64,000 bases of DNA. Origin: a bacterium. GTDB lineage: Bacteria; Patescibacteriota; Minisyncoccia; Minisyncoccales; CG1-02-41-26. The notes under the pieces were generated by a model. It saw nothing but the letters and a program-made list of their open reading frames with translations. It did not search any database and was not told the origin of the DNA. Below, one piece after another: positions 20,196 to 30,153 of this stretch. The stretch covers positions 54,119 through 118,118 of the forward strand of contig JAUXAO010000003.1 in NCBI GenBank assembly GCA_030619905.1, given 5' to 3'. Both the position numbers and the translations under genes were made by a program. Positions within the stretch are counted from its first letter, which is position 1. Each line of letters begins with the position of its first letter.

Positions 20196-21473
20196 ATGAA
20201 TTTAAGCTACCCAGAACACCATTTTGTAAAAAATGGGCATATAAAAACCTGTCAGATTTGCAACTCTGACAAACTCCACACAATCCTTGATCTAGGTCAT
20301 CAACCGCTGTGTGATTCGTTGTTAACGGAAAGCATGTTAAATGAACCAGAGAAAAATTATCCGCTACGCATGGTATGGTGTGAAAATTGCACAAATGCTC
20401 AAATTGATTATTGCGTTGATGGCAAAGAAGTGTACTACCCCGACTATCCTTATAGAAGTGGTGTAACAAAAGAACTTGTAGAATATCAAGTAAAAATAAG
20501 CCATTCTCTTATAAGAAAGTATGGGCTGAAAACAAATGATTTAGTTGTAGACGTCGGATCTAATGATGGAATACTGCTGAGCGGTTTTAAAAATACAGGG
20601 ATTAAGACACTCGGAGTTGAACCAACAAATATTGCAAAAATTGCAAATGCAAATGGCATTGAAACAATTCAAGAATTTTTTGATATTAGAGTTTCAGAAG
20701 AAATAAAAAATAAATACGGATTGGCTTCCGTTATCGTGACAACAAATACTTTTGCGCATATGCAAACAATCGGTGAATTCATTGTGGGGGCATATAATTT
20801 ATTAAAAAACGGTGGAATATTTATTTCCGAAACACACTATCTTTTGGATGTAATAAAAGGAGGGCAATTTGACACAGTATATCACGAACATTTAAGAACT
20901 TATTCTCTTAAAGGTCTCGTAACTTTATTTAACCAATATGATTTTACCGTGACAGATGTTGAGAGGGGTGACAGATACGGAGGAAACATCCGAGTTCATG
21001 TAACCAAGGGAAGGAATAGAAAAGTTAGTCCGGAAGTTGACAAATTATTAAAAATTGAAGAAGAATTTGGGCTCGGAAAACTTGAAACTTTTGAAAAATT
21101 TGCCAAGCGGGTAAAAACCGCTCGTCTAGGGTTTATGGATTTTTTGATTGCAACAAATAAGGCCGGAAAACGTATAGTAGGGAATTCATGTCCAGGGCGA
21201 AGTTCTACTCTTTTGAATTATTATGGAGTAGATTCGGAATTGTTACCATACTTGGCTGAACAGCCAGCATCTCTCAAATTAGGAAAGTATTTGCCAGGTA
21301 AGCATATTCCCGTGGTAAATAATCAGCGGCTCATAGATGAGCAGCCGGATTATGTCGTTTTGTTGGCATGGCATTACGCCAAGCCGATAATGAAACAACT
21401 AAAGGCAAGGGGGTTGAAGTCTGATTTTGTGATTCCTTTGCCAGATTTTAAAATAGTAAAAAATTCAGAATAA
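20196..21473 (+). CDS. NDP-hexose C-methyltransferase (TylCIII/EvaC-like; zinc-finger N-terminus, SAM domain, C-MT C-terminal domain)
   Basis: CQICNSDKL...LGHQPLCDSL...VWCENCTNAQI zinc-binding N-terminus. VVDVGSNDGILL SAM motif. 425 aa, typical for the family. Confidence 0.8.
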   Translation: MNLSYPEHHFVKNGHIKTCQICNSDKLHTILDLGHQPLCDSLLTESMLNEPEKNYPLRMVWCENCTNAQIDYCVDGKEVYYPDYPYRSGVTKELVEYQVKISHSLIRKYGLKTNDLVVDVGSNDGILLSGFKNTGIKTLGVEPTNIAKIANANGIETIQEFFDIRVSEEIKNKYGLASVIVTTNTFAHMQTIGEFIVGAYNLLKNGGIFISETHYLLDVIKGGQFDTVYHEHLRTYSLKGLVTLFNQYDFTVTDVERGDRYGGNIRVHVTKGRNRKVSPEVDKLLKIEEEFGLGKLETFEKFAKRVKTARLGFMDFLIATNKAGKRIVGNSCPGRSSTLLNYYGVDSELLPYLAEQPASLKLGKYLPGKHIPVVNNQRLIDEQPDYVVLLAWHYAKPIMKQLKARGLKSDFVIPLPDFKIVKNSE

Positions 21474-21484
21474 GATTTACCTTT

Positions 21485-22492
21485 ATGTTAAAAATCGGGA
21501 TAATTGGATCTGGATTTGGCCTTTATGGCCTGTTGCCTGCGTTCAATTCTATAAAAAATTGCCAAGTGACCTGTATTTGCGGGGAAAAAACAGATCGTTT
21601 GGTGAAATATTGTCAAAGCATTAATCTTGAGAATATCTATTCTGATTGGAGAATTATGCTGGAAAACGAAAATTTAGACGCGATTGCCTTAGCAGTTCCA
21701 CCGAGTGTTCAATATGAAATCGCAAAAGTTGCAATCAAGAAAAAGATAAACGTATTTGCTGAAAAACCATTAGCCGCAAACTACAATCAAGCTAAAGAGC
21801 TTCTCTTTCTTGCTCAAAAAAAAAGAATAACTCATGCAGTTGATTTTATTTTTCCTGAAATAGAAGAATGGCAAAAAGTGAAACAAATTATAGACAAAAA
21901 AACCTATGGAAAGCTGAAGCATATTTCCGTTAATTGGAATTTTCTTAGCTACAATATAAAAAATAAAATTTCATCCTGGAAAACAAATCCTGAGAGGGGC
22001 GGTGGTGCACTGTCTTTTTATTTTTCTCATGCTTTGTATTATTTGGAATATTATGCAGGGGAAATTTTAAATTTAAAAAGTTTATTCTCTTATCCTAAGA
22101 AAAGCAAAAATGACGGAGAAGTTGGAGCAGACATAATTATCCGATTCAAAAGTGGCATTAATGGTAATGCTCACATTTATTCAAGCGACAAGGGTCTTAA
22201 TAGACACCAGCTGATATTCAGATTTGAAAAAGCCACAATTATATTAGAGAACAAAAACAATGTAACTAAAAATTTCACGATAAGTGCTTATGTCGGAAAA
22301 AAGACAAAAAAAATAACCGTTAAAAAGAACGATATTACAAGAAAAGGAGAAGACGAGCGGGTAAGGATTGTTAGAAAAATTGGTACCAGATTTATAAATG
22401 CATGCATTAGTAAAAACCCCACCCATCCCTCATTTGAAGAAGGATTTAGAGTTCAAGCATTAATAGACAAAATTCGGCGAAACGAAATATAA
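21485..22492 (+). CDS. Gfo/Idh/MocA-family NAD(P) oxidoreductase
   Basis: LKIGIIGSGFGLYGLLPAF Rossmann start and the VFAEKPLA motif. Confidence 0.85.
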   Translation: MLKIGIIGSGFGLYGLLPAFNSIKNCQVTCICGEKTDRLVKYCQSINLENIYSDWRIMLENENLDAIALAVPPSVQYEIAKVAIKKKINVFAEKPLAANYNQAKELLFLAQKKRITHAVDFIFPEIEEWQKVKQIIDKKTYGKLKHISVNWNFLSYNIKNKISSWKTNPERGGGALSFYFSHALYYLEYYAGEILNLKSLFSYPKKSKNDGEVGADIIIRFKSGINGNAHIYSSDKGLNRHQLIFRFEKATIILENKNNVTKNFTISAYVGKKTKKITVKKNDITRKGEDERVRIVRKIGTRFINACISKNPTHPSFEEGFRVQALIDKIRRNEI

Positions 22493-22517
22493 AACATAGA
22501 TATTAAATTTATTAGCC

Positions 22518-23432
22518 ATGGACAATAAGCCCCTACTTAGCATTTGTATTCCTACCTATAACAGAGTGTTGTGCCTGCAGCAATGCCTGGAAAGCATTAC
22601 GGAACAATTTAAAAATCCCCTTATATTGAAAAATGTTGAAGTGGTGATTTCCGATAATGCCAGTACGGATGATACTGAAAATTTAGTGAAAAAGTATCAA
22701 GAAAAATTTCCCAACATCTTATATCACAAGAACATTGAAAACATTGGAGTTGATCGAAATATTTTAACCGTAACGGAAAAAGCCAACGGTAACTATGTTT
22801 GGCTTTTAGGAGATGACGATGCGTTGTTCCCTGACGCTATAACCCATATATTGGAAAAGATAAAATTAAAAGAGTTTAAGTATTGCCTTGTCAATTGCCT
22901 TGGTTATGATAGTAATTTGATTAATCCGGCTTTACGATATCCGAATCTTAAGATTCAAGCCGACCAACATTTTGAAAAGTTGCTGGAGTGCGTAAAAAAA
23001 ACAAACAAAAAAGATTTAGTCGGTCTTTTTTGTGGACTATCGGGCCAAATTTTTGATAAAAAAATATGGGAATCTTGGCCGGAAAAGCAAAAATACATAG
23101 GTTCAAATGCTGTGCATTTATATGTTTTGCTTTCAGCTATGAAAAACCAAAAATTTATAATAATAGCAAAGCCGCTGGTCAAGGTAAGGGCTGCCAATAT
23201 TCGCTGGGAAACGTTTTCTGGGTTGGAAACTTTAGTAAAGAGAACTCAGTCCACTTCTAAAAGTTTAGTTTGGATACTTGAAACTTATGAGATACCTTAT
23301 TCCAAACTATCTCTAAAAATTGAGCAGGGTAAAAATATTTTATTTGGCTGGACAAATAATATTCTGAGAAATCATATTTTCAAAAACCAAAAATCTCGCG
23401 ATTTTATAAAAAGATTACTGGGAAGGCTTTAA
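22518..23432 (+). CDS. Glycosyltransferase family 2
   Basis: LLSICIPTYNR...VVISDNASTDDT...LLGDDD (DxD). Confidence 0.85.
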   Translation: MDNKPLLSICIPTYNRVLCLQQCLESITEQFKNPLILKNVEVVISDNASTDDTENLVKKYQEKFPNILYHKNIENIGVDRNILTVTEKANGNYVWLLGDDDALFPDAITHILEKIKLKEFKYCLVNCLGYDSNLINPALRYPNLKIQADQHFEKLLECVKKTNKKDLVGLFCGLSGQIFDKKIWESWPEKQKYIGSNAVHLYVLLSAMKNQKFIIIAKPLVKVRAANIRWETFSGLETLVKRTQSTSKSLVWILETYEIPYSKLSLKIEQGKNILFGWTNNILRNHIFKNQKSRDFIKRLLGRL

Positions 23433-23575
23433 AATAATGAAGATTTTTTGACATAAAGGTATGGATAATTTGCTTAAGATAAAAAAATAGAATATTATAC
23501 TGGTCGTTTGTTAGTTAGAATTTTTGGACTTAGAAAATTTTCTTATTCTAGCTTAAATGAAGATAATATCATCGA

Positions 23576-24032
23576 TTGGCTGACGGGGTACAAAAAAATG
23601 GTATCTATATAGATATTGGTGCAAATAATCCAGATGTTATAAATAACACAAAGTTATTTTATGAAAAGGGATGGCGAGGAATAAATATTGAACCATCAGA
23701 AAAAGAGTTTAGGATGTTACAAGAAAAAAGGCCGGTTTTTTACAAGGGAGAGAAAGATAATTCTGGAAACACTTTTAATAAAGAAGTAGCAAAAAAGGGG
23801 GGCTAGAAAAAGCCAACGTCTAATTCTAAAACCGTTGTCAAATATTTTTAAAGAAAATAATTTGGTTAGAGTAGATTTTATTTCGATTGACGTGGAAGGA
23901 TTTGAAATGGAAGTTTTAAAAAGCAACGACTGGATAAAATATAAGGCAGACGTTTTATGTATTGAAGGTTTTGGTTATGGACATCTCAAAAAGTTTGGTC
24001 ATAAATTTGTTTTTTTGGGATGGATTAAATAG
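23576..24032 (+). pseudogene. FkbM-type methyltransferase split by a frameshift at an A6G6 tract
   Basis: ORF 23576-23806 carries IYIDIGANNPDVINNTKLFYEKGWRGINIEPS. ORF 23835-24032 (frame open from ~23803) carries VRVDFISIDVEGFEMEVLKS. The frames differ by 1 nt around aaaaaagggggg (23791-23802). No ATG start. Confidence 0.7.
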
Positions 24033-24047
24033 TTACTATAAATTGTT

Positions 24048-24890
24048 ATGAGTAATATCACTTTTGTAATTTTTACATTCAATGAAGAAAAAAGAATTGA
24101 ATATGCTATTCGTAATTTTATAAATTATGGCGAAGTTTTAATAATGGATGGTGGTAGCACTGATAAAACAAAGGAAATAGCGGAAAAATTGGGGGCAAAA
24201 TTTTTTTCACGACCTTTGAGTAATAGACCGCAAGTAGAAACACAGGAAATTTTTGACTTTATCAAAGATAAAGTGAAAACGGATTGGATTTATTGGGGTT
24301 ACGTTGATAATTTCGCTCCGAAAACTTTACTAGATAAGTTTGTTGAAATTTCATCCCAAAATGTTTTTAAGGTGGTTGTAAATCCTCTTTATACTTACCT
24401 TTGGGGTAATACCAAAAATTTTGCACACAAAGGAGGCACGCAGGTTTTTTTTCACAAGAATTATATAAGCTTTGTTGATAATAATATGCACAACATGGGT
24501 AGATTTATCGGAAAAAAAGACGAATTATTAAGATTGCCAAACAGAAAAGAATTTGCCTTGATTCATTTCAGTACCTATAATATTGGTAAATTTGTGGCGG
24601 GTCACCTAAAATATGCTGAAGCAGAAGCTCTTGATAAGCAAAAGGATGGTAAAAAATTTAACACTACGAGAATGTTAGCTGCGATGATTTATTATTGTTT
24701 TATTTTTTGTAAAAACGGATATAAAAATGGTATTTTAGGTTTAATCGCTATGCTTAGTTATGCTTTTTCAAGATTTATGGTTTACGTAAAATTATACGAA
24801 TTAGAAAAAGGAATAACCATGGAATCAATAGAAAATAATTATAGCAAGATGAAGAAAGAAATGCTGAAAGAGTTTGAGGATATTAATTAA
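24048..24890 (+). CDS. Glycosyltransferase family 2 (short form)
   Basis: ITFVIFTFNEEKRIEYAIRN...IMDGGSTDKTKEIAEKLGAKFF. Confidence 0.75.
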   Translation: MSNITFVIFTFNEEKRIEYAIRNFINYGEVLIMDGGSTDKTKEIAEKLGAKFFSRPLSNRPQVETQEIFDFIKDKVKTDWIYWGYVDNFAPKTLLDKFVEISSQNVFKVVVNPLYTYLWGNTKNFAHKGGTQVFFHKNYISFVDNNMHNMGRFIGKKDELLRLPNRKEFALIHFSTYNIGKFVAGHLKYAEAEALDKQKDGKKFNTTRMLAAMIYYCFIFCKNGYKNGILGLIAMLSYAFSRFMVYVKLYELEKGITMESIENNYSKMKKEMLKEFEDIN

Positions 24891-24914
24891 TTTTTAATAT
24901 AAGTAGGGTTTAAC

Positions 24915-25850
24915 ATGAAAAGAAGAATAACCCATAGTATTGTTCAAAAAATTAGAAAAGCTACACCGTTGTCGTTACGATGGAAAATTGGTCCGCCAAT
25001 TGCCTATTTTGTATATTTGATTAATATTTATATCAGAAAAAACCGACCTACTCCTAAAGTTTTATCCCTCGATCAAACAATTGATAAAATTAATAAAGAA
25101 AAATTGTCAGTCATACGCTTTGGTGATGGAGAAATGTCGTTAATATGCGGAGACAGTTCGCTTTCCCAAAAGCAAAATCATAATTTAGCTATAAAACTTC
25201 GGTCAGTTTTACAAAAGAATATTGATGGATTATTAATTTGTATCCCAGGTATTTTCGAAAAATTAAACAATTTTACTAGGTTAGGTTACCGGTTTTACTT
25301 ACATCATTTATTTCGATACGGGTATATGTGGAATAATTTACTATCTTACGAGCAAATATATGGCGATACAAACGTAACTCGCCCTTATTTGGGCTTTAAA
25401 AATAAAGAAAACAGTGAAAATATTTTCAAAAAATTATTTTCTATTTGGGAAAACAAAGAAGTGGTCTTAATTGAAGGAGAAAAAACTCGTCTAGGGGTGG
25501 GAAACGATATTTTTAATAAAGTAAAATCGTTAGAAAGAATTCTATGCCCAGCTGAAAATGCTTTTCTCAAATATGAAGAAATAAAAAAGGAAGTGGAAAA
25601 AGTTAATAAAAATAAAATAATTTTGCTATCATTGGGTCCAACCGCTAAAATATTGGCTTATGATTTGTTCTTGCTCGGATATAGAATTATAGACATCGGT
25701 CATATCGATATGGAATATGAAATGTTCTTAAGAAAAGCCAGTGAACAAATTAAGGTAAAATACAAATATTTTAGTGAAATCAAAGAGAGGAATCCTGAAA
25801 ATTACAAAGACCCTGAATATTTAAGACAAATTATTGCGCACATTAGATAA
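24915..25850 (+). CDS. GT-D fold glycosyltransferase (DUF1792 / SP_1767 family)
   Basis: SVIRFGDGEMSLICGD near the N-terminus is the family hallmark. 311 aa. Confidence 0.7.
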   Translation: MKRRITHSIVQKIRKATPLSLRWKIGPPIAYFVYLINIYIRKNRPTPKVLSLDQTIDKINKEKLSVIRFGDGEMSLICGDSSLSQKQNHNLAIKLRSVLQKNIDGLLICIPGIFEKLNNFTRLGYRFYLHHLFRYGYMWNNLLSYEQIYGDTNVTRPYLGFKNKENSENIFKKLFSIWENKEVVLIEGEKTRLGVGNDIFNKVKSLERILCPAENAFLKYEEIKKEVEKVNKNKIILLSLGPTAKILAYDLFLLGYRIIDIGHIDMEYEMFLRKASEQIKVKYKYFSEIKERNPENYKDPEYLRQIIAHIR

Positions 25851-25864
25851 TTTCCTGTTAAATT

Positions 25865-26947
25865 ATGAAAAGAATACGCGTTAAATTCTGTGAATTTGGC
25901 AAAAAAGATGAAGAAAATAAAAACGCTTACGCTTATTTTCTAAATAAAATACTGCAAAAATATTATAAGGTAGAAATATCCGAAAAACCGGATTACTTAT
26001 TTTATGGTGGATCCTCTTTTGATTATCTTAAATATGATTGTATCAAAATATTTTATACCGGAGAAAATATCAGCCCTAATTTTAATTTGTGCGATTATGC
26101 TATCGGCTTTGATTATCTAACTTTCGAAGACAGATATTTCAGATTCCCTCTCTATTTAGCCACTGTATTTTATAATGAAGATGAATTATCTCTAGCTGGT
26201 GAAGACTATTTAAATAAGCAAGATGTGTTTACCAAAGAAGATCTAAAAAATAAAAAAGATTTTTGCAGTTTTGTTTATTCGAATTATTTATCTGATGATT
26301 CTCGCAGAATTTTTTTTGAAAAACTTAATAGGTATAAAAAAGTGAATTCCGGCGGTGCATATCTAAACAACATTGGATATCGTGTTGTAAATAAACTGGA
26401 ATTTGAATTAAAACATAAATTCTCTATAGCTTTTGAAAATACGTCTCGGTCTGGTTATACAACGGAAAAAATTGTTAGCTCCCTGGTAGCAAAAACAATA
26501 CCAATTTATTGGGGAAATCCAAAAATAAACAAAGAGTTTAACGAAAAACGATTTATTAATTGCCATAATTATGGTTCTTTTGATGACGTAGTGAAAAGAG
26601 TGATAGAAATTGACAAGAATGATAGTTTGTATGTTAAGATTATTAATAACCCCTTAAAAGCAGAAAATTATGATTTCGGAGAAGTGCGCAAGAATTTTGA
26701 AATATTTTTAAGAAACATAATTGATCAACCGCTGAAATCAGCCAAAAGAAGAACGGAAAATTCCGTAATAATATCAGGATTAGAAGAAAACGAAAAGTAT
26801 TTAGCAAAATTTAATGAAAAAAGAGCAAGGAAAAGAAAAATGCTTTCTAAGATATACCAACCTTTCAAAAAAATAAAATTTATAGAAAATTTAAAATATA
26901 AATATTTTAGAAAAAATATTAATAAAAATGCGCGTAATGAAACATAG
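25865..26947 (+). CDS. Alpha-1,3/4-fucosyltransferase (GT10)
   Basis: FSIAFENTSRSGYTTEKIVSSLVAKTIPIYWGNP matches the GT10 FENS..GY.TEK...IPIYWG motif. Basic C-terminal tail. Confidence 0.85.
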   Translation: MKRIRVKFCEFGKKDEENKNAYAYFLNKILQKYYKVEISEKPDYLFYGGSSFDYLKYDCIKIFYTGENISPNFNLCDYAIGFDYLTFEDRYFRFPLYLATVFYNEDELSLAGEDYLNKQDVFTKEDLKNKKDFCSFVYSNYLSDDSRRIFFEKLNRYKKVNSGGAYLNNIGYRVVNKLEFELKHKFSIAFENTSRSGYTTEKIVSSLVAKTIPIYWGNPKINKEFNEKRFINCHNYGSFDDVVKRVIEIDKNDSLYVKIINNPLKAENYDFGEVRKNFEIFLRNIIDQPLKSAKRRTENSVIISGLEENEKYLAKFNEKRARKRKMLSKIYQPFKKIKFIENLKYKYFRKNINKNARNET

Positions 26948-26955
26948 TTTAAAAA

Positions 26956-27987
26956 ATGTTGAATATAATTTCTAGGTCAATTGTAATGGGTGGAATAGGC
27001 GGACCGCAAAAAGTTGTCGGTAATTTAATAAGGGGTCTTGATATTTTAGGATACCCTTATTGCATAAATAAAGATCTAGGTGCCACATCTCAATTGTGGA
27101 TACAAGATGACGTCACAGCATTAAAAGAAGCATCCAAGAGAAAATTGAAAGCTATCGTTGGGCCAAACCTGTATGTGCTTCCCAGAAATATTCCGGAGAA
27201 TATAGATATGTCCAATTTCGTATATATTTTTCCGTCAAAACAAATAATTGATTTTTGGAAATATCTCGGTTTTGATAGATGTCCGCAAGATTTTTGGCCT
27301 GTAGGTATTGATACAATGGAATTTCCGGAAAGAAAAAAGCCGAAAAATGGCATTGTTTTGATATATTTCAAAGAAAGGTATGCCGAAGAGTTAGATCTTG
27401 TTAAGAAAAGATTGACGGAAAATCAAACAAAATACAAAACTATAATTTATAGAAAATACAACGAAAAAAATTATAGAGGTTTATTGGAAAAAACCAAATA
27501 TATAATCTGGATTGGCAAGGGGGAAAGCCAAGGAATAGCTTTGCAAGAGGCACTTTCAATGAATGTTCCCGTTTTGGTCTGGGATGTTGAAAAAATTGGA
27601 CATTGGGTGCCACCAACAAAAAAAGAAAAAGATATGCTCAATGAAAAGGAGTTAAACTACAAACTTGTTACTTCTGCATATTATTTTGATGACAGGTGCG
27701 GAATAAAAGCAAAAAACAAGAATGAGATAGAAGATTTCATATCCGATATGGAAAAAAGATGGGAAAGCTTTGAGCCGAGAAAATACATAATTGAAAATTT
27801 AAGTTTGGAAAAACAGGCCAGAAGGTTAATTGAACTATTTGACAAGCACCATGATATATCCTATGAAAACGGTAAAAAAGAATTTTTAATAACAAACAAA
27901 AAATGGAAAAATGATAAACTTTATTTTAAAGCTTTCATGCACGCAAAATTAAAAACTAAAAATTTTATAAAATCATTCGGAAAATAA
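26956..27987 (+). CDS. Putative GT-B fold glycosyltransferase
   Basis: C-terminal half IIWIGKGESQGIALQEALSMNVPVLVWD resembles the GT1/GT4 donor-binding region. The N-terminal half is unassigned. Confidence 0.5.
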   Translation: MLNIISRSIVMGGIGGPQKVVGNLIRGLDILGYPYCINKDLGATSQLWIQDDVTALKEASKRKLKAIVGPNLYVLPRNIPENIDMSNFVYIFPSKQIIDFWKYLGFDRCPQDFWPVGIDTMEFPERKKPKNGIVLIYFKERYAEELDLVKKRLTENQTKYKTIIYRKYNEKNYRGLLEKTKYIIWIGKGESQGIALQEALSMNVPVLVWDVEKIGHWVPPTKKEKDMLNEKELNYKLVTSAYYFDDRCGIKAKNKNEIEDFISDMEKRWESFEPRKYIIENLSLEKQARRLIELFDKHHDISYENGKKEFLITNKKWKNDKLYFKAFMHAKLKTKNFIKSFGK

Positions 27988-27997
27988 ATAGTTTAAT

Positions 27998-28999
27998 ATG
28001 AATTCATTTAAAAAAACAATTTTAATTACGGGAGGTTGTGGTTTTGTTGGTCATCATTGCGTCGAAGGAATATTAAAAAATACAAATTGGGAAATTGTAA
28101 TCTTGGATGCCTTAACCTATGCTGGTAATTTGAATCGCGTGACAGATAGTGAAGTTTTTGATCCAAAAAGAGTTAAATTTGTCTGGCACGACTTAAAAGC
28201 TCCGATTTCTGAAATGACCCATAAATTATTAGGGAAATTAGATTATTGCATTCATTTTGCTGCTGAGAGCCACATTGATAGGAGTTTGCAAGATAGTATT
28301 CCTTTTGTTATGTCAAACGTAGTAGGAACTGCAAATTTGCTAGAATACTTTAAGCACTATCAGCCAGAATGTAAAATTTTGATATTCTCAACTGATGAAG
28401 TATTTGGTCCGGCACCAGAAGGAATTTATTTTAAAGAAGATGATGGATTTAAACCCTCCAACCCCTATTCAGCCAGTAAAGCAGGGGAAGAGATGATCGC
28501 CTACTCTTTTGCCCATGCCTTTGGACTGCCAATTTCCATTGTTCGTTCAATGAACATTATAGGTGAGCGTCAGCATCCAGAAAAGTTTGTTCCAAAAACG
28601 ATTAAGGTAATTTTAAACAATGAAAAAGTTATTTTACACGGTAGAGGAAAAGAAGATCTGTCATCGCGATGCTGGATTCACGCCAGAAATGTTGCCGACG
28701 GTTTGCTTTTTTTATTAAAAAAAGCAGAAAGAGAAGAATTCTACCACATTGTCGGAGAAGAAAGAACGGTTTTAGAGATAGCGGACTGGATTTGCGAGGT
28801 AATTAAAGGAAGAAAATTAAAAGATGAAGAAATTCAATGGGTTGATTATCATACTGCCAGGCCGGGTCATGATAAAAGATATGCCCTCTCTGGTGAAAAA
28901 TTAGCCAGAATGGGATGGAAACCGCCTGTCGATTTAGAAACATCTCTTAAAAAAACCGTCAAATGGACTTTGGAACATAAAAAATGGCTAAATCTATAA
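27998..28999 (+). CDS. NDP-glucose 4,6-dehydratase (RfbB-like extended SDR)
   Basis: ILITGGCGFVGHH, FSTDEVFGP, YSASKAGEEMIAYSF, ARPGHDKRYAL. Confidence 0.8.
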   Translation: MNSFKKTILITGGCGFVGHHCVEGILKNTNWEIVILDALTYAGNLNRVTDSEVFDPKRVKFVWHDLKAPISEMTHKLLGKLDYCIHFAAESHIDRSLQDSIPFVMSNVVGTANLLEYFKHYQPECKILIFSTDEVFGPAPEGIYFKEDDGFKPSNPYSASKAGEEMIAYSFAHAFGLPISIVRSMNIIGERQHPEKFVPKTIKVILNNEKVILHGRGKEDLSSRCWIHARNVADGLLFLLKKAEREEFYHIVGEERTVLEIADWICEVIKGRKLKDEEIQWVDYHTARPGHDKRYALSGEKLARMGWKPPVDLETSLKKTVKWTLEHKKWLNL

Positions 29000-29400
29000 A
29001 ATATAAAGTTAAAGAATTAGAAATCCATTCGGATAAAAGAGGATGGTTGGTGGAAATGTTAAAACAAAACGAACTGAAAGAAAATATAAATCAAGTTTAT
29101 GTTGCGACAATTAAACCGAATTTTACAAGGGGAAACCATTATCATTTGAAACGAAAAGAGTGGTTTTTTATTGTTAATGGAAAGGCCAATGTTTATCTTC
29201 AAGATATAGAAACAAAAGAAAAAATTTGTTTGAAAATTTCTTCAAGAAAACCAAGAATGATAACCATTTTCCCAAAAGTAGCCCATGCAGTTAAAAATAC
29301 GGGAAAAGAAACGATTTATTTAATAAGTGCCCAAAATGATATTTACAACACCAAGAAACCCGAAACATTCACCCATCAACTGAACCAAAAAATATGTTAA
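28984..29400 (+). CDS. Cupin-fold NDP-sugar epimerase/ketoisomerase-like protein (RmlC/FdtA-like)
   Basis: 138 aa. HSDKRGWLVEMLK...RGNHYHLKRKEWFFIVNGKANVYLQD. Confidence 0.55.
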   Translation: MAKSIKYKVKELEIHSDKRGWLVEMLKQNELKENINQVYVATIKPNFTRGNHYHLKRKEWFFIVNGKANVYLQDIETKEKICLKISSRKPRMITIFPKVAHAVKNTGKETIYLISAQNDIYNTKKPETFTHQLNQKIC

Positions 29401-30149
29401 TTTTTTCCCGATTTTTTGATATCGTCAGAAAAAACGGTTTCCTTTTTTTGTTAAAAAAACTGCTTAAACGCTTTTTGGGAACTTTTTATCCTTTATTTTT
29501 GCCTTATTGGAAAATCAAAATAAAAAAATTCAAACCCGCTAGAATAAATGAACTGATCAGTTTTGTCTTTAATGAATTGGGTGGAATAATTCAGCCGATG
29601 CAAATCAGAGAAGAGATTTATCAATTATTAAAAATTCTAGCAGAAAAAAAACCAAAAATAATTCTGGAAATAGGAACTGCGAATGGGGGAACTTTATTTT
29701 TGTTTTCTCGGATGGCTTCCGGAAATTCCACCATAATCAGCGTTGATCTACCCGGCGGAATGTTTGGTGGGGGTTATCCAAAATGGAAAATTTCCTTGTA
29801 TAAGTCATTCTCCGGGAAAAACCAAAAAATTCATCTTGTTAGGGAAGGTTCTCACAAAAAAGACACTTTCACCAAAATTAAAAAAATCCTAAAAGATGAA
29901 AGAATTGATTTTTTGTTTATTGACGGAGACCACAGTTATGAGGGAGTTAAAAAAGACTTCCAAACCTATAAACCGCTTGTGAAAAAAGGAGGACTTGTCG
30001 CTTTTCACGACATTGCGCCTAATGGTTCATCGGAATTAGTCGGCGGAGTTCCTGTTTTTTGGGGCGAAATTAAAAGCCAATTTAAATTTTCTGAACATAT
30101 CGAAGAAATTAATCAAAATGGTTTTGGAATAGGGGTAATTTATTTATAA
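29394..30149 (+). CDS. Class I SAM-dependent methyltransferase (Methyltransf_24-like)
   Basis: ILEIGTANGGTLFLFSR and FLFIDGDHSYEGVKKDFQTYKPLVKKGGLVAFHDI. Confidence 0.75.
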   Translation: MLIFSRFFDIVRKNGFLFLLKKLLKRFLGTFYPLFLPYWKIKIKKFKPARINELISFVFNELGGIIQPMQIREEIYQLLKILAEKKPKIILEIGTANGGTLFLFSRMASGNSTIISVDLPGGMFGGGYPKWKISLYKSFSGKNQKIHLVREGSHKKDTFTKIKKILKDERIDFLFIDGDHSYEGVKKDFQTYKPLVKKGGLVAFHDIAPNGSSELVGGVPVFWGEIKSQFKFSEHIEEINQNGFGIGVIYL

Positions 30150-30153
30150 CTTT

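Noticed and set aside
26310-26317. T8 tract inside the GT10 fucosyltransferase gene, as a phase-variation switch like the Helicobacter fut genes
   Set aside because: The gene is intact, and A/T runs of this length are frequent in this AT-rich sequence. There is no evidence of switching.
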